64,000 nucleotides of DNA from Marsupella aquatica (taxonomy: Eukaryota; Plantae; Marchantiophyta). Positions 50,588 to 64,000 of the stretch are shown here, piece after piece. A model generated the notes under the pieces. It was not told where the DNA came from. It made no database searches and saw nothing but the letters and a program-made list of their open reading frames with translations. The DNA is taken from contig OZ316896.1 of assembly GCA_973895155.1 (NCBI GenBank), forward strand, positions 16,347,752-16,411,751, written 5' to 3'. Within the stretch, counting starts at the first letter, position 1; each line of letters starts with the position of its first letter. A program made the translations under genes and the position numbers.

Positions 50588-53521
50588 ATACATGCCCAGC
50601 AGAGACACCGCGTTGTGTTTATGTCAATTACGTGTGCCTCTCGATGTACATATGTGGGATGTAAATAGCTTGTCTATTAATATAAACAATTCTTTGCTCT
50701 GTGCTTCCCCCAAATTGATTGAATAGCGTGAAAGTCCTCTCCTGCCTTGAAATTACTTGCACCGCTGGTCAGAGTGTTTTGCTTTTAATTGTTCATGAAG
50801 ATGATGAACTACCTCCAGGGCTGCAGCACCGTGTCTCTATATGCAGTATTCGTTTGTAAATTATCGTTTATGTGCAGATAGCTCATTGTGTCTCACTACT
50901 TACCAGAGGCTGACATACATACGGGATACGAATACCAGAACTGGGACCCTCATGTTGGTCATGGCCACTTCAAACGGAAGATTTAGCATGGCAGAAGTGC
51001 GGAGTGGCAATCAATTGAAAGATGTTGCTGTGAACCACTGACGTAGCTGTGATATTTAAGCTTTGTTTAGTTTTTTAAGTCCACCTAGGTAGCAGCAATT
51101 GTAACTGTTGCAATCCTCTTTGATGCCCCCTCTTTATCAAGGCTATTTGTCTCTCTGTTGTTGAGGCAGTCATGCCAACCAGTATCTCTCTTCTTTTTAA
51201 AGTTTAACACACCAACTGGTTGTATCTAGTCGTCCATTTATCTCCTTGGATAGGACCCACCAGACTCGCTGGAATAGTTCTTCTGTGAGAGTTCGTGACT
51301 CCTTTCCACCTCGAGAAGCAAGGTTTCTCCTAAAAATATATCTGGTACCCAGCCCAGCAACTTCCCTTACGCTTCCGTTCTGTACCTTCTTTCCCTCCTC
51401 ACACACGTTGTATGCCTCACACTCAAACATAAGATTTTGACTTAGGATTCATGTTTGTTTTATCTGCTCTTTTACAGTTCCTTTGTATCACTCTCAGTCA
51501 ACACTTTCTCTGTTCTTTCAACTGGACCAAACAGGCCTCTTTCATTTTCCCAAGGTCCCACCGACTCCTTTAGACTGGAGGGCCTTCCCTTTTCTATTGT
51601 GTGTCTGAAGAAGTCAGGTTGTTTCTATCAGATCTTCCAGCTAATCCTTTCCACACGATAGATGATTCTGAAACTTGTTGGACCTTTCTTTGATGAGTCT
51701 GTTCCTCTGTGCTGAACTCTACCCTTTCCAAATATTCTTCCTTCCTCTTAGTACCGTATTGTATTCCTTCAGTTCAGCATTGTATCTCCCCCCCTTTTCC
51801 TCGACCTCAATCAGACCTCAATTTCCAGCAGCATTACCGGAATTGGGGATCAGTATCTGCTTGGAAAAGAAGAGAATAATTGTTGGGACCCAAAAGATGT
51901 TGCTTCAGAAGAGAAGATTGTTTTATACATTGCTTTCGATAGGCTCCTTTGTTTCAACCACAAAACCTGTGAAATGTAGGAAATAGATGGGAGGTCGCAT
52001 GATGTGCATATGGAGGAGATGAAACGAAAGGGTAGAGGAAATCAGAGGCAAAGAGTCCATGCTTACTCCCGAGTCTATTTTGTGTTTTGTGCCAACAAAA
52101 ATAAACAGTCCATCAATTATTGGTTAATGAAAAATGCTCATTTAAGTCAAAGCAAAACCAAAAAAAGTGTCCATGAAAAGGTGATTGGAGAAACTTGTAT
52201 GCCTTCTCAAGGACAACATGGTCTCTGTACAATTGACTGAGCAGTACACTTTACCAACCTGCGTCACTAGTATTTACCGTGCCAATCATTTTCTTGCCAA
52301 CCATCTTCCACAAAAACCTGTGCACTTCACAAACCACCAGATTAGCTTCCCTTCCCAACTCATCTCACTCCCCTCCCCTTACACCTACGGTACCACCTTC
52401 AATAACAATCGCCTTCTATGTTGACCATATCTTGCACAACAATGTGTTGTGCATTCTGTATTTTACCAACCATTCGATTGGTTGCCCACCTTGCCTTGCC
52501 ATGCCTGTCCAACCGCCCCACTCCCTCCTCACTCCCTCCTTAGTCCCTCCACCACCAGAAAAGATTCAAGATTGAAAATGTTTAGGATGGGCTGAGTGAG
52601 TTCACATGTTAATAGCTGGAATGAACCAGTCTGCAGAGTCACTCCTCAGTAGTCCTCAACCCCCTTCCCCACTTCCTCACCCCAATTCCCTGCTGTAAGA
52701 GGCTTCAATCTAGACCCACCAGCATAGCTCAATTCCCCACCCCAGAGTCATGGCCTAGAGGTTTCACTGTGACAGTGGGTGTGAGGACTAGCTTAGATTC
52801 TGGCTTTTATTAGTTAAATTGCATCTTGTTTATTTTCTTGAACTTATGAGCCTGTCTGTATTTTTGTGTATATCTATGAGATACCTTGGTTATATACTAG
52901 CCCAAACACCTTTGCTTATCCACAGGAATGGTTCCCTAGACTCTCCATGCCTGTCCCCACTCGCAGGTGTGTTCTAAATATCAAAATTTTCTGTTACTAG
53001 ATAAACTGCTTCAGTATGCTGAGTAGGTCACGAATGACATACTTGAATCAGGAATTATAGTTTAGATTTAGACTAGCCCAATGCCCTTGTGTTTGAGAGT
53101 AAGCCATGTTGAGAGGAAAAGTTGTCTTGCATAAGTGACATAACCAGGAAATTGGGACTGAGGTAAGACCTAAGCTATGCATCATGGGGTGGGTCAATGC
53201 TGTCTCCCCCCCCCCAATTTTTAAATCCACACTTGGTCCCATAAGCTGAGTCATGGGTCTAACCCTGAAGCCGCAACTCAGGCCAGTGGCTGGGGTCAGA
53301 GACACCCTAATAAAGTGGAAAAGAAAGCTAGGATAAGAAGTGAAGCCTCTACATAGTGACTGTAGGGGCAAAGATATGTTGGGGTAGCACCAGCACTAGA
53401 AACAAGTATGATGATAAGAGTATTGCAACCTTGTCAGTCGCTCCCATCAGTCATTTGCATGTATGCATGTAGAACTTTCCTACTCAACAAGGCTGCCGAG
53501 TTGAAAAAGTGATTCAACAGA

Positions 53522-53775
53522 GTGAAAATTTCCAACTAGGCGTGGCCACCAAGAGAAGAGTAGCTGACCACTAAATTCATGTTCAAGTTACTGCAGGTGA
53601 GGCCTCCAAGTGAAAATCTTCCAATTCAGCATGGCCGCCAAGAGGAAACACCTGACCACTGCAATGATGTTCAAGTTCGGCAAGGCCTCGACGTGAAATT
53701 TCTCCAATTTGGCATGGCCACCGAGAGAAAGCAGCTGACCATTGAATTGATGTTCAAGTTAAATGAGGTCACCTA
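53522..53775. repeat. Three diverged ~85-bp tandem units
   Basis: GTGAAA..TCCAA..GC(G/A)TGGCC..CTGACCA..ATGTTCAAGTT at 53522, 53610 and 53693. Confidence 0.85.
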
Positions 53776-54647
53776 GCTTTAGTGATAATTGATGGGGTTA
53801 ACAACTTGTGATGATAATCCCCATGTATCCAATAGGTCTCTCAAAGCTTCAAATTTGATGGACCTCAACTTAGTAGTTAAGGTGACACACAGAAAAAGTT
53901 ACACACTACCAAATAGTTATGGGCTAGCAAATTGGTAGTCCATAACTTTTTGCTATAAACATTAATCTTATGCCATGACCATTAGCCGCTCTAGAGGCTA
54001 ATTGAAAAAATTGAAAAAACAAAACTACTTTTTACACTAACCCTCTTAAAAAGTGATGACCAGTTGTTTATGGCCAAAAGCCATCGTCCCTACTTTTGAA
54101 GCTTTGATACCCCCCTATTTATTCAGGCGAGTAATATAACATTCGCCACAAAGGCGTTCTCATTCTTTCGTGGAAAACTTGAAACAAAACGTAAGCCTGA
54201 GGATTGACCTCTTCGTTGACGAGAGTGAAGGTGGTGGGACGGTCTGTCAGGAGTCTGTCCCGGAAGAGAAGAAGCATGCTTATCAAGTCCTCCGCCTGGA
54301 GAAAGTGGTGGAGAAGGGTGGGCTGAATCTCTTTTTAACCTACAAAACTGAGAAAGATTCGTAGAGAAGGAAAGGAAATTGAGTCCTGGGAAACTGATGT
54401 GTCCTTGGAGAGAAGAATCCTCCGCATGCAGTGTGGGCTATGAAAACCAGACGAGCAAGATAGCACGAGACGAGACGAGACGAGAGGGGAAGGGAAGGGA
54501 ACTTCAGTTGGGCGCAATTGCATTCTGTGTTGGTCGTTTCGCTTGTAGAGTGTAGAATAACGAGACGAGAGGACGAAGAGGAAGCAAAGAAGCAACAACT
54601 TCGGGTCATTTGGATGCGCCCAGGTCTCCTGGAATGCTCGAAGAATT

Positions 54648-57600
54648 ATGAGCGTAGAGCCGTTCCGTCGGTGTGTGCACACCTCTGCCTCTGGCGCTCT
54701 TGTTTGAAAGTTGGATGGATTCTGGAAGCCACTATAAAATTCACTGTCTCCCTGGCTCGGAATTTGGTTCTTAGAAAATTCATTATCTGCTTGGGGGGCC
54801 TCTTTGTGGTTCAGACCCTACTGTGTTTGTTATTGTGGCGCATGACCTTTGGAGTCGCTGTGTACCAGCCTAGACAGTCCATTCTCATTGCCTTTGCAGG
54901 GTGAGTAAGTTGATTTCTTCATCTTGGTGGTTAGCCATGACATTAGGGTGGTAAAGATGTCCAGTAAGTAAATTGATGGGATGATTGTGGATGCAGGTTT
55001 GTGAAGCTTGTAGCGAGGGCCTTCTACGACGAGGAGATCCCACCCAAGGGAGCCAATCGGAGCAAGTCGGACAAGTCTGATAATCGAGGAATTGCAGTGG
55101 TCGTGCTGGACGCTCTCACTAGAAGGCAATGGGTCAAAGAGGAGGATTTGGCAAGGGACTTAAGGTTACATCCAAAGCAGCTCCGAAGGACGCTGCGTGT
55201 TTTGGAAGAAGAACTTCTGATATTAAGAGAGCACCGCCGTGAGGTATTGATCTACCTCGCTGGCTGTCGGAATTCGAGAACAAAGTTTTGCTTCTGTCGG
55301 TTTGGGTCAAGCTCTCATTTTTACTTCTTGTCACGGTGTAGACTGTAAAAGGCGCAAAAGTATACAATGCTGCTATTGCTGCCGTAAGCGAGCAGCCCAC
55401 AGAAAGAGAGGGTGAGGAGAAGCTGAAAGTTCATACGCATTCTTATTGCTGCTTGGATTACGCTCAGGTACCAATTTTATCTTGCTCGTGGGCCATGGGT
55501 AGGTACAAGATTTCTCTTGCTGCTTCGACTATGCTCAGGCGTAGGACTTCTCTTGCGTTTTTTAGAGCCTTCGGAAAAGTTTAATTGTATGGCAATTCTT
55601 TTTGCATGATCAACTTTCCCACCGAAATTTGCAAGTGATATGAAGTACACCTGTAAAAATCAAAATGATGTTTGTGGGTCACTCTTAGACAAAGTCCACT
55701 AGACCTGTTTTTTTTAGCTCATTAGTTCCTCGGAGCACCAGGCGAAAACCTAAGGTATTGGTTATATTTTAAGTTGAGAAGGTTTACTTTGTGAAATCCA
55801 CGGGACCTACATCGATCGCCCAGTGATAGGTACGCTGTGGGACTCGCTCAACGCGCTGGCCGTATCTAAAACTAGGCAGGTTGTTCTTTAAACCTCTGAA
55901 TAATCAATTTGGGTACTGCGCAGGTCTATGATGTGGTGCGGTATCGAATACACCGCTCCAAAAAGAAAATTAAGGACGAACTGGAAGATAGGAACACCAT
56001 TCAGGAATACCTTTGCCCAAGTGCTACATGTGGGCGCAGGTTGATTCTTCGTCCAGAACTGCTGTCGAAGAGCAGTCTTCTTTTGCAGAGTCTATCCATA
56101 TGAGCTGATATTCATTCCACTACTACCACCACCCCAGCCAGTTTTGAGACTTTCTCTTCTTTCTGAAGCTGAATTCCGAGGGCTTGGCTTTGCAGATACT
56201 CAGCATTGGACGCCTCGAGATTAATCAACCTGTATGATGGAAATTTCCACTGCGAGGTTTGTGATCAAGAACTTGTGGCCGAAAGTGACAAGCTGGCAGC
56301 TGTAGAGCTGGGTGATGGAGATGGAGAGGACAACGCTCGGCGACGAAGGAGGGAGAAACTTAAGGAACTTTACGAGAAGCTGGAGGTGGGAAATGCTAAG
56401 TTTTAGAGAAGTGGGAATGAAGCATCATTGTCTGCATCCTGTTCTAGTCATAACGGCTTTTCTTTAGAGGGTTCATTGTTTCTCCATCCGTTCTGTATTC
56501 AGGTTTTTTCCTGAAAATTTGCTTAGTAAATCTGCTCCTGCTGCAAAGGGAACAGAAGCAGTTGAAGCCTCTATCGGATCAGTTGACTCGGGTCAAAGAT
56601 TTGACTCCACCAGATTTTGGGAGTTTGGAGGCTTGGGAGAAGCGGGCCATTGCAGCTGGCCGTATTCTTAATGGTGACGCTTCCACTAGTGAGATTTCCA
56701 CAGCAAGTCATGGCCAAGGGTCGTCAGGAACTCCCATGCCATTTATGGGAGAAACGAAGGTAATAAATGACTGAGTTGTGCTATTAATCATAATGTAGTG
56801 TGGACTAGTTTCATGATTGATGTTCCTCCATCAGGGTAACTCTCAAATAAATTCTGAAGTCGAAATTAATGCTTTGCTGCTCTTGAATCACAGGTGGAGG
56901 TTGCTCTTGCTGGTGGAGAAACGATAAAGGAGGAAGATAAAGAAGAAGCTGCACAATTGAAGGTGCTACCTCCTTGGATGATACGGCAGGGCATGCAACT
57001 CACAGCGTCTCAACGCGGTGAAACTAGGACAAATGTTAAGGCAGAAAATGGTGAATCGCTCAATGGGGTAGAGGCAACGGATAATAAACCTGCTGAGGAA
57101 GACAAGGAGGCGACTCAGCGCAAAATCCAAGAGGAGTACTTGAAGGCATATTATGCTGCCATTTTGGCTCTTCATCAGGAAGCTGAACAAGCAACAACTA
57201 TTCCAGTGCAAGACTTAGTCGTAACACCGGATGAAGATGTGACAGAAGAAGTCAGGGAGGTTGGCGTGAAGGCCAAAAGAGAAGATGAGGAGGACGAAGA
57301 AGATGTTGAATGGGAGGAGGCTATTCCTACAGGTATTACAACCGAAACAGTCCTGACAGCGATTTGTCACCGTACTACTATGAAATTTGTGCTCTGGTTG
57401 TGCGATGGGAAATGCTCTTATGTTTTGGGGATGCGTATCCTGATTTTTAATATCGGAGTTCAAGAACTGCTTTTAAACATAGAAAGGATGAAGGTACTTC
57501 TCTCTACGAACAGAATACCTAGCAGTAAATCAGGTTATCACTGAGGAATTTCTGATAAGTCCCATATTTCACGGATAATCACAGATTAAAATTGTCACAA

Positions 57601-57997
57601 TGTATCAGCATTCTTAGAAGGTTCACTCTGGTCCAGGTAGCACCGAGGGTCATGTTAAGCGGGTTGTGAAAGCTTACCACCAATCATCTTCTTTTACTTA
57701 TTTAATAATTTTCTTGATCTTTCTGGGAAGCCATACTTTTAAGTATTGACGGCTGATCCCAATCTAAGCAAAAGATATGCGTCCTAGAAGGTTAATGCAT
57801 CCGAAAAGAAGACTCCAAGCTAATTTATAGGAGTAAATTGTTCTCAATTTGCTGACACGAATATTTTGTGTGGCTTTGCAGACGACAATGGGCCCCCAGT
57901 TTTGTCGCAGGATTTACATTTGAATAGCGGAAGTAGTATTGATTCTGGAACAGGTGGGGATATGGAAGAAGATGAGGAAGACTGGGAAGAAGGCTAA
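54648..57997 (+). CDS. General transcription factor TFIIE alpha subunit (GTF2E1/TFA1 homolog), 8 exons
   Basis: Exons 54648-54670, 54997-55243, 55342-55467, 55924-56039, 56196-56385, 56556-56759, 56894-57332, 57882-57997. MSVEPFRRFVKLVARAFY, winged helix LDALTRRQWVKEEDLA, zinc ribbon CPSATC..FHCEVC, KVLPPWMI, acidic EDWEEG C-terminus. Confidence 0.93.
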
Positions 57998-60900
57998 TGT
58001 ACCTCAAATCTTTTGGTACATATTGATAGCACGTTGTAGAACAGAACAATGATTCCTGAAGGGATTTTGGATCATTCTTACCATACTCCCAACTGAGACC
58101 ATTGGAATGATGGCATCCATGTTCATTACTATGGAGACAAGGTGTTGCAGATTTGGTGGCCAGTTTCGCTTCCTCACTTATTTGAGATAATCACTTATGC
58201 GACCGTTGTAAATCCAAAATATGATGATGGGAAGGATGATAGCACATTTATTCAGGGCATGGGATTTTGTGGACTTGCAGTTTTTATAATTGATCTGCAA
58301 GTACTGGATCAGTTGGCACGAGGAGTGCTATTTCCCGTCAATAGATTTATTTGATCTCCCCTCTTTGGGAATTTGTTTCTAGGGCATTTCCAAACGAAAG
58401 CGAGCACTTTCTGGAAACTGGATATTGGGCAGGATGTTAGTGGCACGGCACTAATGTCTGAGGTGATTCTCAATATTTGGACAAGAGGGGTGAAGTCAGA
58501 AACGACTAGTTTGAGAAAAGCAGTACGAAATATTCAATTGTGATTCCTTCAGAATCTATCTCTTCGGCAGTGCTAGCTGGTGGGATAATTGGTGGGAGTG
58601 CCCTTTTTCCGGATCAGCTGTAGATAATACATCGTGCAGTGTCCAGCCTCAGTGGAAGTGGGGTAACTGGTCATGTAGAATCACTCGACGCGTACCCTCT
58701 AGCTTCTCCGGCACGATGCTTATGCAGCCCGTACGAGTCAGGCTGCTCCTTACATAGTCACGACATATCATTGAAATAACCAAGGTTGCACACTGAACTT
58801 GCTCTCCAAACGACCTTGACTTTAATCATTCAGATCATTACTTGCTGTGTTGTCGAAGATTGATACCACCTCCATTGTTGAAAAACTCGCTGTCCCGACC
58901 AGTCTTGACACTTGCACCGGAGCTAGCTCATAAACAGCGATTGGAAAAGTTACTAAGAGGGCAGTTGACCTGAGACAGTCGTGTGGGTGTTTGTTGTTCG
59001 AGCTGAGCTGTGGAATAATGCTCTCAATGAGAAACAGCATGTTTTTTCTTGACGAATGTTGCAGTCATGCACTTGTGATCCGTGCCTGGAACACAGTTGG
59101 CGTTTTTCCGCGCCTGGACCCACTTTCCTAAAGAAGAGAAACCCCGCTGCTCCGCATCTTTACCCATGTTCTCCGCTTGAGGTGTGCGGTCCATATTACT
59201 TTGGTTCCTTATTACAAACAGATATCCTAAACCTGACCTACATTGAGTTGGGTTGTTCACTCACATATCACATAGGAACCGTAGAAAATGAATTGCTTGC
59301 CAAGTTTGCTATCTGATAGCAATCCAGTACGAGATTGTTCGTCTCAATGATGCACATCTCCATCACCTTAGTGGACTTGCGATCACTACCATTCCAGCAA
59401 AAGATGGGGCACACAAACTAATGTGGAATCTTATCATTTCTCAAGAGATGCGTGAAAGAAGAAGCATCACAGACATGCCTCAAACTAACTTTCCGACGTA
59501 CAGTGCAATAGTTTTTTGAAAGAGACTTAATCGTTCCAGAATTTGAAGAGTGGCACCTGACAGCCCATTTTAGAATGTGCGTTTGGAGGGTCTTGGCCGG
59601 AGGTGGGGATGGGGCCAGGGGGCTGTTGCTGGGCAAGGGTTGTTTTTGTCAGAGTAAGTAGTGCAGCATTACAGTTGCCAATTTATCGTCCGAACTCAGA
59701 ACAAACTAGCTAAGCTACGAAAACATTATTGTTCTGGTAGACCCTTCATGTCAAGTTTCCAAATTATGTGGAGAAAACTCCAGATGACGCTAACAGGATA
59801 GAGTAAAATACTTTATTACAGAGTTTAGCAGTACATATCAAACTTTTCTGAAACGTTATTGTTCTGGTAGACTCTGGATAGAAATGTCAGGGTGTTTAGC
59901 AGTTTCAGCTTTGTAGATATAGGCCCCACAGGTGAGTCCTTTTACCAAAATTGTACTCTTCTGCAGTGCTCGTGACAACTAGCGATAGCATGTGAGACTG
60001 CAGTGGATGTCATTTACCATCAAATTTTACAATATTCTTCTTCTCGTCTTTGAAGTCAAATGACGGCAATCTGAAGTTCAGGGTGTGTGAGAAATTTCTG
60101 AACAGGCTTTGATAGGACTAGAATTGCTTTTGCGTAGAATCTCAACTATTTTGCTCTGGTGATCAGCGGTTTTGGTGCAAGCAGAGGTGTGGGCATACAC
60201 CTGGAACAAATTCTGAAGGAGCAGAAAAGTACGAATCACTTCCCACGCAACGCATCCGATGTACATGTATATTCATTAGATCATGTCCACTTAGACGGAT
60301 GGAATTATCTGTCGTTCTGGTCATTCGTATGACAGACTTTGTGAGGACCCCACCTGCAAACCGTTTGTTCTTCCCGCTGTCGATACATTCTTCTTCGTCT
60401 GAAAATTGGATGAGCTCAACGAATCGACAAACATTGTCTTGCCTGTGGTATGTCCAAACCTTTTCCCGTTTCGTGAATGGATCCAACTTCTTGGAAGGAG
60501 GGAATCATGATGACCAGCCAGTCTGATTAGAGGGTGAGGTCATCAACAAGCATACTGTGCAATAACACAAGCGGATCATTCATAATATCTCAGGCAAATC
60601 TCCAATGAACCTCCCCTCCCCCATTCGTGTGCTTGTGCATGCACCTGAAGGAAAAACGGAAGTGGCCTCGGAATTGAGAAATCATTTCTATTGTTTTCCG
60701 CTCCGTCAATTATGTACATATAGCGGAAGGAAGGAGAGTAAAAGTTCTAGTAAAAGTAGGGGAGAACTTTTATAATTAGGTGACCCAAATCTTGACTCTG
60801 CATTTTCTCCAGTAATAAATGCCGTGAAAAGTACCAAGAAAAAATTCACTGAGGGCATTAAGTTAGTGAAGTCTTGGCAATCCGGTTGTTTGGGGCTTAA

Positions 60901-63225
60901 CTCACTTTTAAAATCTTTTGTGTGCTGTCTGAATGTTTCTGCTGCGAATCAACCAATCTGTGTCCTGATCAACAAATTTCCTGCCATTGTCGATTTCAAT
61001 ATCCAATTCAGGCTTCTTCATAGGTCATTCAATCACCGTCGCTTCTTGTGTGTCAGCCCACTCCATCAGAGTCTTAACGCCAGTCCAGCCAAGATCGTAA
61101 TAGTTTCGATGAAATTGAACTCGTTGTAACGAATCTCACAGGATGAGCCACAACTAATAGATACTTGTCACCAAACGTGTCTAGCGTCACGATACCCTTC
61201 GCCTCCTTTTACAAACACTCAAAAAGGAAGAGGTCAGCCGGCATTGCTCACAGACATGAAACTTGTAAGGTTCATCTGGTTAAGTGTAGATTATTCGGAA
61301 TGTAGATCCCCCCACACAGAGTATCACTACCCAAGGCATGACATGAAATTTTGCTGTGCAATCCATAAATGAAGGCAAATCGACAGACAAAGTAATTTAA
61401 TTGTCTGTGAAATTGAATGGAGTGCTGATAACGGTGCCCAGAATTTCAGTACAAGTGTCACCGACATTTCTTTGTGTGGGAAACCTGTTGGGCAAAAACG
61501 TACTATGACGAGAAACAATGACCTTAATTCGTCCGCCTCACCCGCTCGAAGATTTGGAATTGCTTTCCACTTGATAAATCACTCCAGGGATACAAGGTGA
61601 ACGCCTCCCCGCATCTCGTCGTCGTGGGTCTGAAAGAAAAAGCAAAACGGATGTATGTGGTTGAACTCCACCACCAAATCGACGACGACAAGGATGTCGA
61701 CTCTGGGCAGATCTTCTCCGGGTAGATACGTACCTCTGAGTTGGGCGACTGAGCTAGCCGCAAACAGGGTTTTGCAATCACGGTTCATGTGGCTTGATCT
61801 GAGTCATACAATTATCTCGGTTCTAACTTTGCGGTTACTAGTCATGACCCAGGGGAGTGAAAACCATTTATGTCGGTCAGCTGATGATATGTTATTTCGA
61901 GGTTCCCCGACAGACTACTTCACTCAAATCGTAGGATCGGACTGATACTTCATGCAATTTTCTTGTCCCAGGAAGAGCTCCCAATGTCCTCGTTCACGGC
62001 GTCAGAGTCTGAATCTCTGGCTGAATACAGTCTTGCAAAGAGAATCGGATAGAACCTGATCATCGTTCCCCTCGAACTCTGGCTTTTAAATGACTTCGAT
62101 GAGATATATACTCGGTGGCTTATTGATGCCATCATTCATGTCGCCAGTCTCTCAGATGTTTGTTCTTTCTCCGAACAATCTGCCGCGTATTGACAATCGC
62201 AACAGGACATGCTAATTTACTGATTTGGCAGACTTGTTGAATCCAACATGGACAGGCTAATTTACTGATTTGTCAGCTGGTGGCCATGATTTGAGCATTG
62301 ACTTTCGGTATCATCCCCGGCCCCTGACGCTATAAGGTTTCCGAGTTAAGGTTTCCGAGTTATTCGGACTTGTGTGATTTGAGAAGTTGGAGAGTTGCTT
62401 TACTACAGTACCGTAGTGGTGGGACTACCGGTAGGCCAGGATCCCCTTTACGTCTGTACAAGAACGAGACGGTGTATTGAAACTCGCATTCTTCGACCAT
62501 TTATATGGCTCCTTTGGTTTACTATGTCATGAGTTTTGTCTTCCACTGTCGGACGATCCATATGACGTACACTGTAACGAGGTTCTTCAATCCGAGCGTC
62601 AATCGCGCTTGTTTCGTTTGCTCGCGGTCCTTTGATCGGTCAATTCCATGGAAGATGTTCACGTTGTCTCACGTAATTCACCTGGCTGTCGGGACAGTTC
62701 TAATACCTCCCGGACACAGTATGCAGAGGACGCTTGGGAAGGCAGAAGCCAGCTATTTATTCAAGCGAAAGCTCTGTTGAGATTTCCGGATAACGAGATT
62801 GCCCGTCTCGGCTGGGGATTTGGACGGAGGAATGTACGAAGCGGCGTTGGAAATGTCGAGGAATTTGGTTTGTTCCGCCTCGATCGTGTGCCAGGTGATC
62901 ATCGCTACATGGTGCCGCTCTCAGCCGCTCAACACAGATCAAGGGCAGCATCAATTCAACGGATAAATCTACGAGTATACTTGACTGGCGAGGCCGGCAA
63001 TCACGCTCAGCTGCTACAGCCTGAAACTCGAACGCCATCGATCGAAAGCATATTAATTAACACTTCCTCGGATTTTCCAGGAATTGAGCTTGCTTGGCTC
63101 TCAAATACGACGGTCAGCTTTTCAGCTTGAGGTTGAATAAATCGCCACTCCACCTGCAATTCTCTTCGCTTCCAGACGTCCAATCGCCTCCCTTCCTCAT
63201 CATCAGTCAGCCTAATGAGTTCAAC

Positions 63226-63400
63226 TCAGTGCCTTGGGAATTCCGTGGACGGTTCGCGTCAATCCTTTCGAGCTTGAATAAAACTCACCGCGAGAGCCGC
63301 TGTAGCTGCTGTCACCTCAGTGCCTGAATTCTGTGGATCGTTCGCTTCAATCCTCTACAGCTTGAACTTCCATCACCGCGGGAACTGTTGTAACAGTCCG
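63226..63400. repeat. Imperfect ~91-bp tandem duplication upstream of the AWPM-19-like gene
   Basis: CTCAGTGCCT..GAATTC.GTGGA..GTTCGC.TCAATCCT..AGCTTGAA..TCACCGCG at 63226 and 63317. Confidence 0.8.
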
Positions 63401-63588
63401 ACTGTTACGAAAGTGAGTGCTGCTGCTTTTATTAACAGTCCGGCTGCCTTCAGAGGAAATAGAAGCTCCGGACCTCTGTTCAAGCATACTCTCGGGGGGC
63501 GAGTGAATTGAACATCCTTACAAGTCGATCATACACATAAAATCACTTTCACAAGCTGGGGGCTTATTGTCCCCTAGTGTCTAAGACG

Positions 63589-64000
63589 ATGGCGTTACCA
63601 CCAAGGCGTGGTTTCGGAAAACTTCTCTTGGCTCCGCTTCTGGTATTCAATTTCGCGGCTACCATCGTCTTCTTAGGCCTGGCAGCGTGGTTGGCGAACC
63701 TCATAATTGATAACCTGAACTTATTGTTACAAGGTTTATACGACACGCAGGCGAACACGCAGGATTTGTTCGACGTCTTCGAGGGCTCTGCCGCGAACCC
63801 TTTGATCCTCTTAGCCGCACTGATCGCTGGAGTGGTTACCGTGACGTCGTACATCGTCGGTCTGCATCACGTGAGGGTGTGGACAACACCGAGCGCAACT
63901 GCAGCACAGTCAGCCGCCTGGATCGCCTTCGGACTCCTGATGCTCCCCTTTGCTCTGGTGTGGAGGGAGATCGCACTCGGCGCTCAACCCAGCGACAAAG
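63589..64000 (+). CDS. AWPM-19-like (PM19L) membrane protein, 3'-truncated by the window edge
   Basis: Manual translation (absent from the ORF track): MALPPRRGFGKLLLAPLLVFNFAATIVFLGLAAWLAN...AALIAGVV...GLHHVRVWTTPSATAAQSAAWIAFGL...LVWREIALG. It matches the AWPM-19 pattern APLL.LN, ASW.LN, G..H.R.W, A.aw. Confidence 0.85.
   Translation, partial: MALPPRRGFGKLLLAPLLVFNFAATIVFLGLAAWLANLIIDNLNLLLQGLYDTQANTQDLFDVFEGSAANPLILLAALIAGVVTVTSYIVGLHHVRVWTTPSATAAQSAAWIAFGLLMLPFALVWREIALGAQPSDK

Noticed and set aside
51050-52050. Possible decayed LINE (also 39400-39780)
   Set aside because: No diagnostic RT or EN motif is readable.
53522-53775. CRISPR-like repeat/spacer pattern (also 38310-39130)
   Set aside because: The units are homologous along their whole length, so there are no unique spacers. 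The context is eukaryotic and there are no cas genes.
41686-57997. PDF1A-CDA-TFIIE as a functional cluster or horizontally acquired block
   Set aside because: The functions are unrelated housekeeping ones and all three look like ordinary plant orthologs. Plant CDA genes are normally intronless.

Overview
Eukaryotic land-plant genomic DNA with spliceosomal introns. It looks bryophyte/liverwort-like, but that is inference. Intact genes, all on +: two tandem-duplicated At4g08455-type BTB/POZ genes (650-1793, 6365-7603), AXR1/NAE1 (14 exons, one GC-AG intron), peptide deformylase PDF1A, an intronless cytidine deaminase, TFIIE-alpha (8 exons), and an AWPM-19-like membrane protein running off the window end. 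The intergenic DNA is rich in transposons: a non-autonomous Helitron-like family with a tandem array, a second Helitron, two Mutator-like fold-back elements, a MITE with a 4-bp ATTT TSD and a LINE remnant. The most unusual object is a young Ty1/Copia element (10783-16517; 295-bp LTRs with 3 differences, TTCTT TSD, tRNA-iMet PBS). Its reverse-transcriptase core is replaced by a 259-bp inverted copy of its own RNaseH-end/PPT/U3 region (15172-15430 vs 16025-16283, 258/259 complementary). This makes it a candidate hairpin-RNA 'killer' copy and also leaves the integrase ORF between 61-bp TG...CA inverted repeats. All coordinates and alignments were read by eye; no database searches were run.
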